DNA of 64,000 bases from an uncultured Solirubrobacteraceae bacterium (GCA_963813625.1 CAWFAC010000014.1:5187-69186); one strand, 5' to 3'; shown: positions 1-9,044, counted from the stretch's first letter. Notes: generated by a model not told the origin, from the letters alone. Numbers and translations are program-made.

Positions 1-1361
1 GCCTCATGCTCTTCCGGAGCCACCCTGATCGACGGCGTGAACGGCAACTCATTACAACCATCCATCCCAAGCCCCTGGCCCGCGGCGCTCAACCACGCGT
101 ATTCAGCCGTCAGCACGCTTTCGGGGTCAGCCCACGAATCCGCTTCCATCGAAGAGGTCAACGGTTCGCTACCCGGGTTGGCCGGGCACGACGCGGGCAA
201 CGTCAAGAAAGGCTGCTGCGGCACTTCACTCAAGGCTGGACAGGACTTTTTGATCTGCTTGGAGAATTCGCCGCCGGCGACGCATTCCCAGCCGCGGGAT
301 GCATTGTGGCGGGGGTCTCCGGGTACGCCCCACAGCGTCACCTGGCTGCTCAACAACCCCGCGACCTGCGTGGCATTGCTCACGCTCGCTATGACCCCGT
401 AGTCCTTGCCGCTGCGCACGGAAGTGTCAATGATGATCGGGACCTTGCCGATCACCTCCAAGCCGAAGCGCGCAGGCTCGCCCTGTGCGGGCACGAGATT
501 GAACACGGGTACCGTCCTGGTGATGACGTGCACGAGGGGTTCGTGGACCGTCACTGCGGCGACCCCGACGACCGAGCTTGGGGAGCACCCGTTCGTTTCA
601 TCGACGAATGCGCTGAATTCGACCATCGAGCACTGCGCGGCGGCGGTCGGGTTGCCAACGAGCCCTGGCGGGAGGTTGAAGCGCAGGTCCTTCGGCAGCG
701 CGACAGGGTAGCGTTCCCGCGTCTGGTTGAGGATCACCGTAGTCATCAGCTGGAACGGATGCGAGCCAGCCTGCGTGGCCGGCGCGCCTTCGGCGCCAAG
801 CGGCAGCAGCTCATAGCCCTGCAGCCCGAATGGGATCGCTTCGCCGTCGACGTGCACCTCCTGGATGCTCGAGACCTTCGCCGCGCCGCCGCCTTCGGCG
901 CTCAATTCCTCGGGCAGCGAGACGATCGTGCCTTTCGGCTCTTCGACCTTCACTTCGATCGGAACCTCCATCCGTTCATACGGATACAGGACGCCAGCGT
1001 AGGTGCATCTGACGAACGTCGTGGCCGTGCATTCCACCGGCATGCCGTGTATGCCTGTCGGCGGGAAGCCGGTCACGGTCAGCCCTTCGGGGAGCTTGGC
1101 GGTGATCACGACCGTGTTCTTGCCCGCGCCGTTGATCGTCTCGTCGCTGAGATTGCTCGCCGCGATGTAGAGTTCCCCCCTGCCTTCTGGCGGCAGGTAG
1201 CTCGGCACGACTTCCGATTCGATCCGCCACCATGGTGTTTCCCCAAGCGCGATCGCGGGCGCCACAAGCGCGAGCGTAATCAGCACCACGACTCCCGCGA
1301 GTGCCACCGACAGCGAGGGAGTCCGGCCGGATCGAGCACGCGCCGGCTGCAGCGCACTCAT
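1..1361 (-). CDS. Large secreted protein, 5' part (runs off the left edge; absent from the ORF track)
   Basis: Hand translation from ATG 1361: MSALQPARARSGRTPSLSVALAGVVVLITLALVAPAIALGETPWWRIESEVVPSYLPPEGRGELYIAASN...VVITAKLPEGLTV... Open to base 1. Signal peptide, Ig/DUF11-like start, Cys pairs. ATG overlaps the TGA of the upstream gene (ATGA). Confidence 0.85.
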   Translation of the reverse strand, partial: MSALQPARARSGRTPSLSVALAGVVVLITLALVAPAIALGETPWWRIESEVVPSYLPPEGRGELYIAASNLSDETINGAGKNTVVITAKLPEGLTVTGFPPTGIHGMPVECTATTFVRCTYAGVLYPYERMEVPIEVKVEEPKGTIVSLPEELSAEGGGAAKVSSIQEVHVDGEAIPFGLQGYELLPLGAEGAPATQAGSHPFQLMTTVILNQTRERYPVALPKDLRFNLPPGLVGNPTAAAQCSMVEFSAFVDETNGCSPSSVVGVAAVTVHEPLVHVITRTVPVFNLVPAQGEPARFGLEVIGKVPIIIDTSVRSGKDYGVIASVSNATQVAGLLSSQVTLWGVPGDPRHNASRGWECVAGGEFSKQIKKSCPALSEVPQQPFLTLPASCPANPGSEPLTSSMEADSWADPESVLTAEYAWLSAAGQGLGMDGCNELPFTPSIRVAPEEHE

Positions 1362-4300
1362 CGTGTGCTCCTTGGCTTGGCGTGTGCGGTGGAGGTCTTC
1401 TTGGTGTTGCTGTTTTTGCTGGCTTTGGTTTTGGGTGTGTAGAGCTTGCGGGTGTGCGCTTCGCAGGCTTGGCGCTTTCGCTTGGAGTGGGGGTGCGCTT
1501 GCTTGCACGCTTGCATGGCGGCCGCGAGCTTCTGCGCCTGGGTCAGGGGTTTTGCGGTGGTTTTGGTGTCTTTGACTTCTCCTTTGGCGGGCGGGGCGTT
1601 CCCGGGGCCGGTGAACGTCGCGGTCCCCGACGAGCCCGCCGGGGCCTGCTGCGCGGGGGACGCCGGCCGGCAGCCTTCGGTGCTCGCGCACGGACCGGGT
1701 TCTTGCGCTGGCGGGCTCAGACACGGCGACTGCGGCGTGCAGACGCGTGCGTCATAGATGTCAAACGCGGTATCCGTGTCTTGGGGCAGCAGTTGCGCGG
1801 CGGTCAAGAAAAACACGTCGCTGCCGCTAGGGGTCGTTTCCAGGAACGCCGATTCCCGGCTCGAACTACCCGAAGAGAGCAAGGAGACGCACCCACCCGA
1901 GGTGCTCTGGCAGCTGCCGATGCCGTTGGGCTCGTACTCGTAGACATCCTCCTTGTGGTTGGAGGCCTGCGGCACCAGGTCATCGGGGCTGTTGAAGAAC
2001 AGCCGCCCATCGTCGAGCAGATACCGCGACTGGTAGAGCGCGCTCCCGGATTCCTGGGAGGTCCAGCCGGGTACGTTCCCAGCGATGTAGCGTCCGATCC
2101 ACACCTTGCGCTGGTCGACGAGCAGCCCGAGGCCTTCGCCGGCTTCCTGGGTATCGAGCACCCCCACGGGCCGCGCGCCGGTGGGGTCACACGACGCGCA
2201 CGTCAGGCTCGCGGCCTGTGAGTCATACAGGTAGACCTCCTCATCGCGCTTGCCGCTGTTCTGATCGACGTTGTCATACCCCGTCGGGCTGCCATCGGAC
2301 ATGAACTCCAGATACCGCCCGTTCGGGGATACCCGCGCGGTGACGTACGCCGGGTCGGCGAGCACTTCGCCTTCCCACTCCGGTTTGTCTTCCTTGGAGA
2401 GCTCGGCGATGAACGTCGTTTCCCACACGCCGCCGGCTTCGTGGATGTCATACAGGTTGTATCCGCCGGCTTCGGCGTGTTCACCGTGCCCGCTTTCGTT
2501 GCCCGCGAGTACGCCGCGGGCGACCAGGTACACGCTCGAGCCGTCCCTGCTCACGCCGAAGATTAGGCCCTGAACGGCCGCGTGTTCAGCTTCGTTGGAA
2601 TCGACCGTGAGGTCTTTCAGATGACACGCGAGCTTGCCGGCTTCTTCGACGATTTCACACTCGTACAGGTCAGCCTTACCCAACGTCGCTTCCGCGGTGG
2701 AGTCCGCGGTCAGGCGCTGCTTGTCGGTGAAGAACACCCGCGACCCATCCGCCGTCGCGGCGTGGAACTGCGCTGCGCCCACCCCGGTAGGTGGCGTGAC
2801 GCCTTCCGCTGGCGCGTCCAGCTGCAGCGTTTTCCCGATGGCCGTGTCGCGCATGTACAGGTGCCCCAGCTGCCCCGTTTCTTCCGGGGTGGTCCAGATC
2901 ACTCGCGAGCCATCGGCTGAAATCGACTGGGCGGCCACCCGGTAGTAGCCCGCTTCCACCTTCGCCGCAGGCAACCCGTCCGGCAGCACGCTCACCAGCT
3001 GCAGCATGCCGTCAGACCACTCGTAGAGCCCCGGTGCGGAGGACGGTCCCGTAAGCGCGACCTTGGAGGCCAGCAGCACGTGCGCCAGATCTGGCGAGGC
3101 GTCCACGAAACGAACGGCGTCCTGAAAGATCGTCCCAGCGGCCACGTTTGCTTCGGTGACCAGCGGCAGATACCCCGGTGCGAAGAAGCCGCTGTTGGCC
3201 TCGGCTGCCCTGTAGTCGGCTTCTTCGCCGGCTTCAGGCGACACGGGTTCATCGGGACGCAGGTACATCGTTTTCTGGACGACACCGGGCGCGAGTGGTG
3301 GTTCCGCCCCCACGCCTGGTGGTTCGAGCAGCGCGAGCGCGAGGTCGCGCGAGAAGAACTGGTATTCCGGCGGCTGGCCCCCACCGACGCCCTGGGCCCG
3401 CGACTGGGGACTGACGATGTCCCGCGAGCTCCAGCTGCTGCTGCCGCGCGTGGCGAGCACCTGCTGCACTTCGGGGCTACGGTTGCCCCTTATTTCTCCG
3501 GTGATCGCGCCACCGGCGACGTAGGTAAGTGCGTCGCCGTTTTCGGAGGCGAGGATCCAGCCGCCTTCGCGCGTCAGCGCCTCGACCGGCGCACCGTGCT
3601 TTTCCGGCGGTGAGACCATCTCCCACGCGCGTCCGTCCGCCAGCGCGAACGCCGCCGGCGGCGGCTGCGTCGTGAACGTGTGCTGCACCCCCATCGCGGT
3701 GCCCAGCGAGTTGCTCGCGAGCACGCGGTAGAAATAGGTCGTCGACGGCGTCAGGCCCTGCACAGTCGCGCCACCGGGGACATCGCTTTCGCCCGCGCCG
3801 ATATCCGCACCCGGTGGCGCCGGCACACTCGTGCAGCCCGCCGGGTCTGCTTCGCAGCTGCTCGTGCCGTACTGGAAGTAGTAGTGCGTGTCGTGCCCGA
3901 GCGGGTCGACCTGCGTCTGCAGCGTCGCCGCGGTGGCGTTGACTTCCGTGACGGACTCGCTGTCGATCGACGCCGGCGGGATCGTCGTGAACGTCTGATC
4001 CGCGGTCACGCTCGTGCCCGCGCTGTTGCTCGCGAGCACCCGGAAGTGGTAGGTCACGCCGAGCTTCAGGCCTGTCAGCGCCGCGGAGACCGCGACCGGT
4101 GCTTCCCCAGCGACCAGCTTACCGCCGCCCATTGGCGCTTCGGTCCCATACGCGGTCGTTTCGCCGTATTCGAAGTGGTATTCGCTGGCCAGCTCATCCG
4201 GGTCGACCTTCGCTTTGATCGTCGCCGTTTCGTGCCCGATCCCACCTGTCGGTTCCGTGGTGATCCGCGGCGGGCCGGAGGTCGTGAACTTCGCGCCTTC

Positions 4301-5947
4301 CCCAACCGTGCTGCCGTAATGGTTGACCGCCACCAGCCGATAGAAATAGGTCGTATTCGCCACCAACCCCGACAGCAACGCCTGCGCCTTGACCGCTTCT
4401 CCACCCGAGCCCGCGTTCGTTACCGGTGTCCTATTGCCGTAGCTGCTGCTCGGGCCCCATTCGAAGAAGTATTCGGCTTGCACGCCACCAGGGGTCAGCG
4501 ACCCCGTCAACGTCGCTGCAGTCGGCTGCGCGTTTTCGACCTTGCCCGTCGCGACGCCTTCCACCGCCGCCGCGCTCGCAAACGACAGGCCCGCGCCGAC
4601 ATTCGTGCCATCCACATCTTCACCGACCAGCCGGAAATAGTAGGTCACCCCAGCCTGCAGTTCGTCGAGATCCGCCGCGACCTTTTCTTCTACGCCACCC
4701 GCGCTTTCGGCTACCGGCGTACTCGACCCGTACGCTTCGCTGGTACCCCATTCAAAGTGGTAGCGCACCGCTTTGCCTTCGCCGTCGACCACACCGTTCA
4801 GGATCGCCGTGGTGCGCGTCAACTTCGACGCGCTCTTGCTCGTCACATCCGCCACCACCACACCCGCCCCGAACACATCCACCACACCCGCCGTCGCATC
4901 CGCCACATACACATCCCCCGCCCCGGAGATCGCGACCCCGCGCGGTTCCCCCAGTCGCCCAGCAGGGGTCTGCGTGATCCAGCCAACCCATTCCCCCGCC
5001 GCGGTGAACTCGCTCACGACACCCTGTTCGCCCTCCCCCACCAGCAAATCACCGCTCGTTTCATCGACCGCGACCGCGCTGACATTGCCTTCTTCTTCTT
5101 CCTTACCACGAAACGACCCCTGCGGCGAACCAGACCCCGTCACCCGCACTTTTTCATACACCCCAGACGAGCTGAACTCATACACAGCGCCCAACGCACT
5201 ATCCGCCACAAACTCCCGGCCACTAGCCGCATCCACCGCGACCGCATTCGGTTCCACGAGCTTCACGCCCGACAAAGGCCGCACGAATTCCCCTTCCGCG
5301 GCTTCATCCGCCCCCGCCGCGCGCGGCTTGAACACATCCACCATCCCACCTTCCGCGCCTTCCGCACGACTTTCACGATCAACCACCAACACATCCCCCG
5401 CTGACGGATCGCTCGCACTCACCGAGTTATCTACCGCCACACCCGCGACTTCCCCGAATTCCCCACCCGGAACACCCGCACCCGCCCATTCCGACAGAAG
5501 TTCATAACCCCCCGCACCATTCGGCTTGAACACGAGCACAACGTCCCCCGCCGGCTGTACGACATACAGATCTCCATTCGCTTCATCTACCGCCACAGCC
5601 ACCGGTTCTATCTCTTCTCCGAACTGCGTCAGAAACGTCCCCGTCGAGCTGTACACATCCACCACTCCGGCTCCGGGGTCACCCACGAACACAGCCCCGC
5701 TCGCATGATCGACCGCCACAGCCACGGGTTCGGACAGCACCGTCCCCACCTGCGCTTCACGCAAACTCGACACAAACCCGTGCCCAACTGCCGCAGACGC
5801 CGGCACCACACTCCACGCCAACGACAACAGCGAATAGGCACAGACCACGACAAACCCCGCAAGCCCGCCGAAACCCCGTCGGCCACGCGAACCACCGCCC
5901 CAAGCGCCTGTCGATAAACCACTCATCACACCCTCACTAAAACCCAT
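1358..5947 (-). CDS. 1529-aa secreted multidomain surface protein: NHL-like propeller, four FnIII-like repeats, PD40/TolB-like propeller, basic Cys-containing C-terminal tail
   Basis: Signal peptide ending ASA-A. Repeated P.AVAVD...G.vyVad units. Four T.ATL.g.v.p.G....YyFEyG....YG...GL...tTYyyRlva.N modules at about 3665-4860. TAGGCT -10 lies 6 nt before ATG 5947; alternative ATG at 5926. Confidence 0.88.
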   Translation of the reverse strand: MGFSEGVMSGLSTGAWGGGSRGRRGFGGLAGFVVVCAYSLLSLAWSVVPASAAVGHGFVSSLREAQVGTVLSEPVAVAVDHASGAVFVGDPGAGVVDVYSSTGTFLTQFGEEIEPVAVAVDEANGDLYVVQPAGDVVLVFKPNGAGGYELLSEWAGAGVPGGEFGEVAGVAVDNSVSASDPSAGDVLVVDRESRAEGAEGGMVDVFKPRAAGADEAAEGEFVRPLSGVKLVEPNAVAVDAASGREFVADSALGAVYEFSSSGVYEKVRVTGSGSPQGSFRGKEEEEGNVSAVAVDETSGDLLVGEGEQGVVSEFTAAGEWVGWITQTPAGRLGEPRGVAISGAGDVYVADATAGVVDVFGAGVVVADVTSKSASKLTRTTAILNGVVDGEGKAVRYHFEWGTSEAYGSSTPVAESAGGVEEKVAADLDELQAGVTYYFRLVGEDVDGTNVGAGLSFASAAAVEGVATGKVENAQPTAATLTGSLTPGGVQAEYFFEWGPSSSYGNRTPVTNAGSGGEAVKAQALLSGLVANTTYFYRLVAVNHYGSTVGEGAKFTTSGPPRITTEPTGGIGHETATIKAKVDPDELASEYHFEYGETTAYGTEAPMGGGKLVAGEAPVAVSAALTGLKLGVTYHFRVLASNSAGTSVTADQTFTTIPPASIDSESVTEVNATAATLQTQVDPLGHDTHYYFQYGTSSCEADPAGCTSVPAPPGADIGAGESDVPGGATVQGLTPSTTYFYRVLASNSLGTAMGVQHTFTTQPPPAAFALADGRAWEMVSPPEKHGAPVEALTREGGWILASENGDALTYVAGGAITGEIRGNRSPEVQQVLATRGSSSWSSRDIVSPQSRAQGVGGGQPPEYQFFSRDLALALLEPPGVGAEPPLAPGVVQKTMYLRPDEPVSPEAGEEADYRAAEANSGFFAPGYLPLVTEANVAAGTIFQDAVRFVDASPDLAHVLLASKVALTGPSSAPGLYEWSDGMLQLVSVLPDGLPAAKVEAGYYRVAAQSISADGSRVIWTTPEETGQLGHLYMRDTAIGKTLQLDAPAEGVTPPTGVGAAQFHAATADGSRVFFTDKQRLTADSTAEATLGKADLYECEIVEEAGKLACHLKDLTVDSNEAEHAAVQGLIFGVSRDGSSVYLVARGVLAGNESGHGEHAEAGGYNLYDIHEAGGVWETTFIAELSKEDKPEWEGEVLADPAYVTARVSPNGRYLEFMSDGSPTGYDNVDQNSGKRDEEVYLYDSQAASLTCASCDPTGARPVGVLDTQEAGEGLGLLVDQRKVWIGRYIAGNVPGWTSQESGSALYQSRYLLDDGRLFFNSPDDLVPQASNHKEDVYEYEPNGIGSCQSTSGGCVSLLSSGSSSRESAFLETTPSGSDVFFLTAAQLLPQDTDTAFDIYDARVCTPQSPCLSPPAQEPGPCASTEGCRPASPAQQAPAGSSGTATFTGPGNAPPAKGEVKDTKTTAKPLTQAQKLAAAMQACKQAHPHSKRKRQACEAHTRKLYTPKTKASKNSNTKKTSTAHAKPRSTR

Positions 5948-5973
5948 TTCACAAGCCTAGACCCGCCGCAGCA

Positions 5974-6005
5974 TGTGTGGGGGCGCGAAACGCGCCCCCT
6001 ACACA
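5974..6005. terminator. GC-rich hairpin between the two secreted-protein genes
   Basis: GGGGGCGCG-AAA-CGCGCCCCC perfect 9-bp stem, extended by TGTGT/ACACA. No U-tract. Confidence 0.5.
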
Positions 6006-6051
6006 CACCGCTTTCGCTGTCAGCGCATCTACGCTGCTCTCAACAGCGCGT

Positions 6052-6969
6052 CTACGCTTTGATCTCTACTGGTTCTCCACTGATCTGTTTGTTGACGTTC
6101 GTGATCGACTCACCGGCTTTCGACCACTTCGTCGTCTCATAGGGCCGTTCGCTGCTGAAGACGAATGATTCGAGCAAATCGATGTGCTTACCTTCGAAGC
6201 TGCTCGGCACATTTTCGTGGTTTTCGTTGACCGTGTAGACCTGCGTGAATTCGGTGTTCATTTCGTTGACCGGAGTGATCGGAGAAATGATCCCGTCATA
6301 CCCGCCGGTCTTTTCCGGAGAATATACAGCGCCTTCCTTCGCGTTGCCTACACCAACCACCGTGGTGATCGACCCACCGATGCAGGTGAACTGAGCGAAC
6401 CGTCCATGCTTAGCCGTCGGTTCCAGCAGTACGCCCACGTCCTTCGTGGTTTTGTTGATATAGCCGAGTTCACCCTTCAACGTGTTAGTCTGGATTTCAC
6501 CTTCGACTTCGGTGTTCGAGCAGGGCACGGCTCCAAGTAGCTTGCACCCGCGGAAGATCACCGAGATGTTAGCCACACCCTTCGAACCCGACGCTTCACC
6601 ATGGTTCACCTCGGATTCACATTCGACTGAAATCGGCTCGCCGAGGAAGAGGTTTTCTTGTTCTCCGGCGTTGCAGTGCGGTTGTCTCACTTCGCCGGGT
6701 TCACAGTAGTGGTATTCGGCGGACAGAATGCCAAGGCCGCCTCCGCCTTCGAATTTTTTCTGGCTGGGACTGACCTGGCTGCCTTTCCGCCATTCGAACG
6801 TGCCGGCACCTTTTTTGGCCTTCGAGGTGCAGTTCGAGTTGGCGTATTTACCGCCTTCCTTTGCGTAGCACTGACCCCATTCAGGCAGCGCCGACGCGCT
6901 TGTCGCGGCCACCGCTACGACCGCGCACACCGCGATCAGACAGAGTCCTAGCATCCTTACATGTCTCAT
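6052..6969 (-). CDS. 305-aa secreted Cys-containing beta-rich protein, possible structural subunit
   Basis: MRHVRMLGLCLIAVCAVVAVAATSASA signal peptide then LPEWGQCYAKEGGKYANSNCT. GGAG upstream of ATG 6969; the ORF-track start at 7143 is too long. Confidence 0.85.
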   Translation of the reverse strand: MRHVRMLGLCLIAVCAVVAVAATSASALPEWGQCYAKEGGKYANSNCTSKAKKGAGTFEWRKGSQVSPSQKKFEGGGGLGILSAEYHYCEPGEVRQPHCNAGEQENLFLGEPISVECESEVNHGEASGSKGVANISVIFRGCKLLGAVPCSNTEVEGEIQTNTLKGELGYINKTTKDVGVLLEPTAKHGRFAQFTCIGGSITTVVGVGNAKEGAVYSPEKTGGYDGIISPITPVNEMNTEFTQVYTVNENHENVPSSFEGKHIDLLESFVFSSERPYETTKWSKAGESITNVNKQISGEPVEIKA

Positions 6970-7249
6970 TCTTCCATCACTCCTTTTACCCCTCGAGTTA
7001 TTATCGATCGGCGCCCCGACTTTCCTGATGGAGAACCCGTGACACCGGTCACCTGCGACAGCACGCCCAGTCGAGACCGACGGCCCCTGCACCGATGCGC
7101 ACTCGCCATCGGATGAGCACACGTGGTGCCCACAACGACGCACGTTTTGTAAACGACGGCCTCACCCGCCACATGCAGCGCGCCACCACGGCTCACCTGA
7201 CCGCGGCGCTCCGCCTTCCCGTCAGGCAGATCGCTCTGCGTCCGGCTCA

Positions 7250-8104
7250 TCACGCGACCTGCCGAATACGGGCGGGCGCCGAGGCTTGCGCACGCTCAGC
7301 CCCGTCGAGCCCGAGCAGCTCGATCACACGTCGCCCCGACGGAGTCAAGAGCCACGCGTTTTCGCGCCTGGAGCCGCTGCGCGGCGCGACCTTGGCAATC
7401 AAACCCCGCCGGGCTAGCCGGCGCAGCAAATGCGAAATCTGCCCCTCATCGCCGATCCCTGCAGCCGCGGCGATCTCGCGGTTACTCGAGCGCGGCGCAC
7501 GCGTGATCGCGCCCAACACCAAGGTCGTGCGATGCGTAATCGGAACCGGAGAGGCGGCTGCAGACGGAGTCGGACATTCGGCGGCGCCCGAGGGCGCCCG
7601 GCCCGCGGCCAGGGAGTACCCCGCTAGCTCTGCCTCCGCGGCGGCCCGACCGAGATACGGCCTGACGATGAACGACATCATCGACGGCGCCAGCTCCACC
7701 AGCGCACCGCCGTCGCCCTTGAGCAGTCGCGTGCGGATGACCGAGAAGACACCGCCGATCAGCAACTCGGCCGTCAGCTCCGGCTCGCACATGACCTCCG
7801 CGATCGCCTGAGGGCTCCCGTCGTCCATCAGCACCGTCAGCACACCGAGGACACGCTGCTTGCAGCGAAGCGCAGCAGCATCCTGCAGCGGCGCCTCGAA
7901 GACGAGCAGGCGACCCCACCCAGGCTCATCCTCAAGAAACCCAAGCAACGCCACCATGCCCGCACGAACCCGATCTAGCCAGCGCTCCTCACGACCAGCC
8001 GCCGCCTCGACAGCGACCGACATCCGTGCAAGACCCTCCTCGAACGCCGCCGAGAAGCACTCCTCCGCGCTTCCGAAGACCTCGTAGAACGCGCGCTGTG
8101 ACAC
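7250..8104 (-). CDS. TetR-family regulator with C-terminal winged helix; body only, N-terminal helix displaced by inversion
   Basis: In-frame upstream reads ...RTAAAHAG-VSQRAFYEVFGSAEECF (second half of a TetR HTH). C-terminal SNREIAAAAGIGDEGQISHLLRRL...ENAWLLTPSG wHTH. In-frame TGA at 8176-8174 in the present orientation. Confidence 0.85.
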   Translation of the reverse strand: MSQRAFYEVFGSAEECFSAAFEEGLARMSVAVEAAAGREERWLDRVRAGMVALLGFLEDEPGWGRLLVFEAPLQDAAALRCKQRVLGVLTVLMDDGSPQAIAEVMCEPELTAELLIGGVFSVIRTRLLKGDGGALVELAPSMMSFIVRPYLGRAAAEAELAGYSLAAGRAPSGAAECPTPSAAASPVPITHRTTLVLGAITRAPRSSNREIAAAAGIGDEGQISHLLRRLARRGLIAKVAPRSGSRRENAWLLTPSGRRVIELLGLDGAERAQASAPARIRQVA

Positions 8105-8123
8105 GCCCGCATGAGCGGCCGCT

Positions 8124-8149
8124 GTCCGCGGTAGACGGGGGTTACTGCC
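8124..8149 (-). repeat. Left inverted repeat (26 bp)
   Basis: GTCCGCGGTAGACGGGGGTTACTGCC, exact reverse complement of 8541-8566. Confidence 0.95.
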
Positions 8150-8366
8150 CCCTAGACCACTTGACTCTGACGCTCAAGTAAAGACGGGAAGTACCCCACC
8201 CCGGCTTCGATCCTGGGCGTCTGGAGCCTTGATCGCAACGGTCATGACCCTGTATCTTGGCGATCTGAACGCCGATGGCCGCTTGACAAACTCGTGGCCA
8301 TATGTTTCCATACTTCCCACAGAGCAGCAGTTCGTTTCGTGTGGATGTGGGAGAGGAGAAGGGATT

Positions 8367-8591
8367 ATGAGGGGACGCGAAGAGCTCACCATGGACGGCA
8401 AGACCCGAGTCACGTGGGTCCTCAGGCCCTCCCAGAATACCCAGCGAACACGCCCACAACGCGTAACGACGGGCGTCGGCGAGCGACGCGACGCGCTGCG
8501 CGCCAAGCTCATTGCGGCCACCGTCGAGCTCGCCGCAAACGGCAGTAACCCCCGTCTACCGCGGACGCGGTACGTGCGTATAGTCCCATAA
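8367..8591 (+). CDS. Displaced 5' fragment of the TetR regulator (truncated OFF-state product)
   Basis: AGGAG at 8354-8358 lies 8 nt before ATG 8367. Reads MRGREELTMDGK...GERRDALRAKLIAATVELAANG (TetR helix 1) into the right repeat, then stops at TAA 8591. Confidence 0.7.
   Translation: MRGREELTMDGKTRVTWVLRPSQNTQRTRPQRVTTGVGERRDALRAKLIAATVELAANGSNPRLPRTRYVRIVP
8541..8566 (+). repeat. Right inverted repeat (26 bp)
   Basis: GGCAGTAACCCCCGTCTACCGCGGAC. Confidence 0.95.
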
Positions 8592-9044
8592 ATATCGGGA
8601 TTTTAGCGCTCCTTCCCGCGCGCTTCCCCCGTCCATCTGCAATCCGAAGTGCCGAGTAGCATCGTTGCCCGGCGCACGGCAGTTCCAGCTCAAGAGTCGA
8701 CGCCCCGCCAAGCTGACGGCGCGACCGCGTTGCAGCCGACGGCGAGCGACTCGACGCGTCCCTTGCGCACCGGGATCGCCTAACCCGCGGGCTGCACCAA
8801 CCTTCTCTCACGTATATGGGCACACGCCCGCAGCGAGCTCAGCCGCATCACCTATCTCGAGGATCGCATTCCCACGCGACCACAGCTGAACTGATACGGT
8901 ACCTAATCGAGACGCGGCGACGCCGAGTTGCGAAGCGTCCACTGCGAAAGCGCCATCACGGGCTGAACCGGGAACCCTGCGCGTCCGCTAGCTCCCAGGT
9001 TGGGAGGTCCGCGACGGCCGCAGCGAGATGTTCCCGGCCACGAG

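Larger units (their letters stand above)
8124..8566. mobile_element. Candidate invertible DNA segment (intragenic inverton), 443 bp
   Basis: Bounded by perfect 26-bp inverted repeats. Contains the TetR N-terminus on the strand opposite to the gene body. Confidence 0.8.

Noticed and set aside
6-5404. Long plus-strand ORFs (6-1442, 1301-2221, 3680-5404)
   Set aside because: Antisense shadows of the minus-strand secreted proteins. Arg/Ala/His-rich with no motifs, typical of high-GC DNA.
8124-8566. Reading the 26-bp repeats as ends of a MITE or IS remnant
   Set aside because: No target-site duplication (flanks ...GCCGCT and GCGGTA...), deleting the segment does not restore the gene, and the interior holds the gene's own N-terminus.
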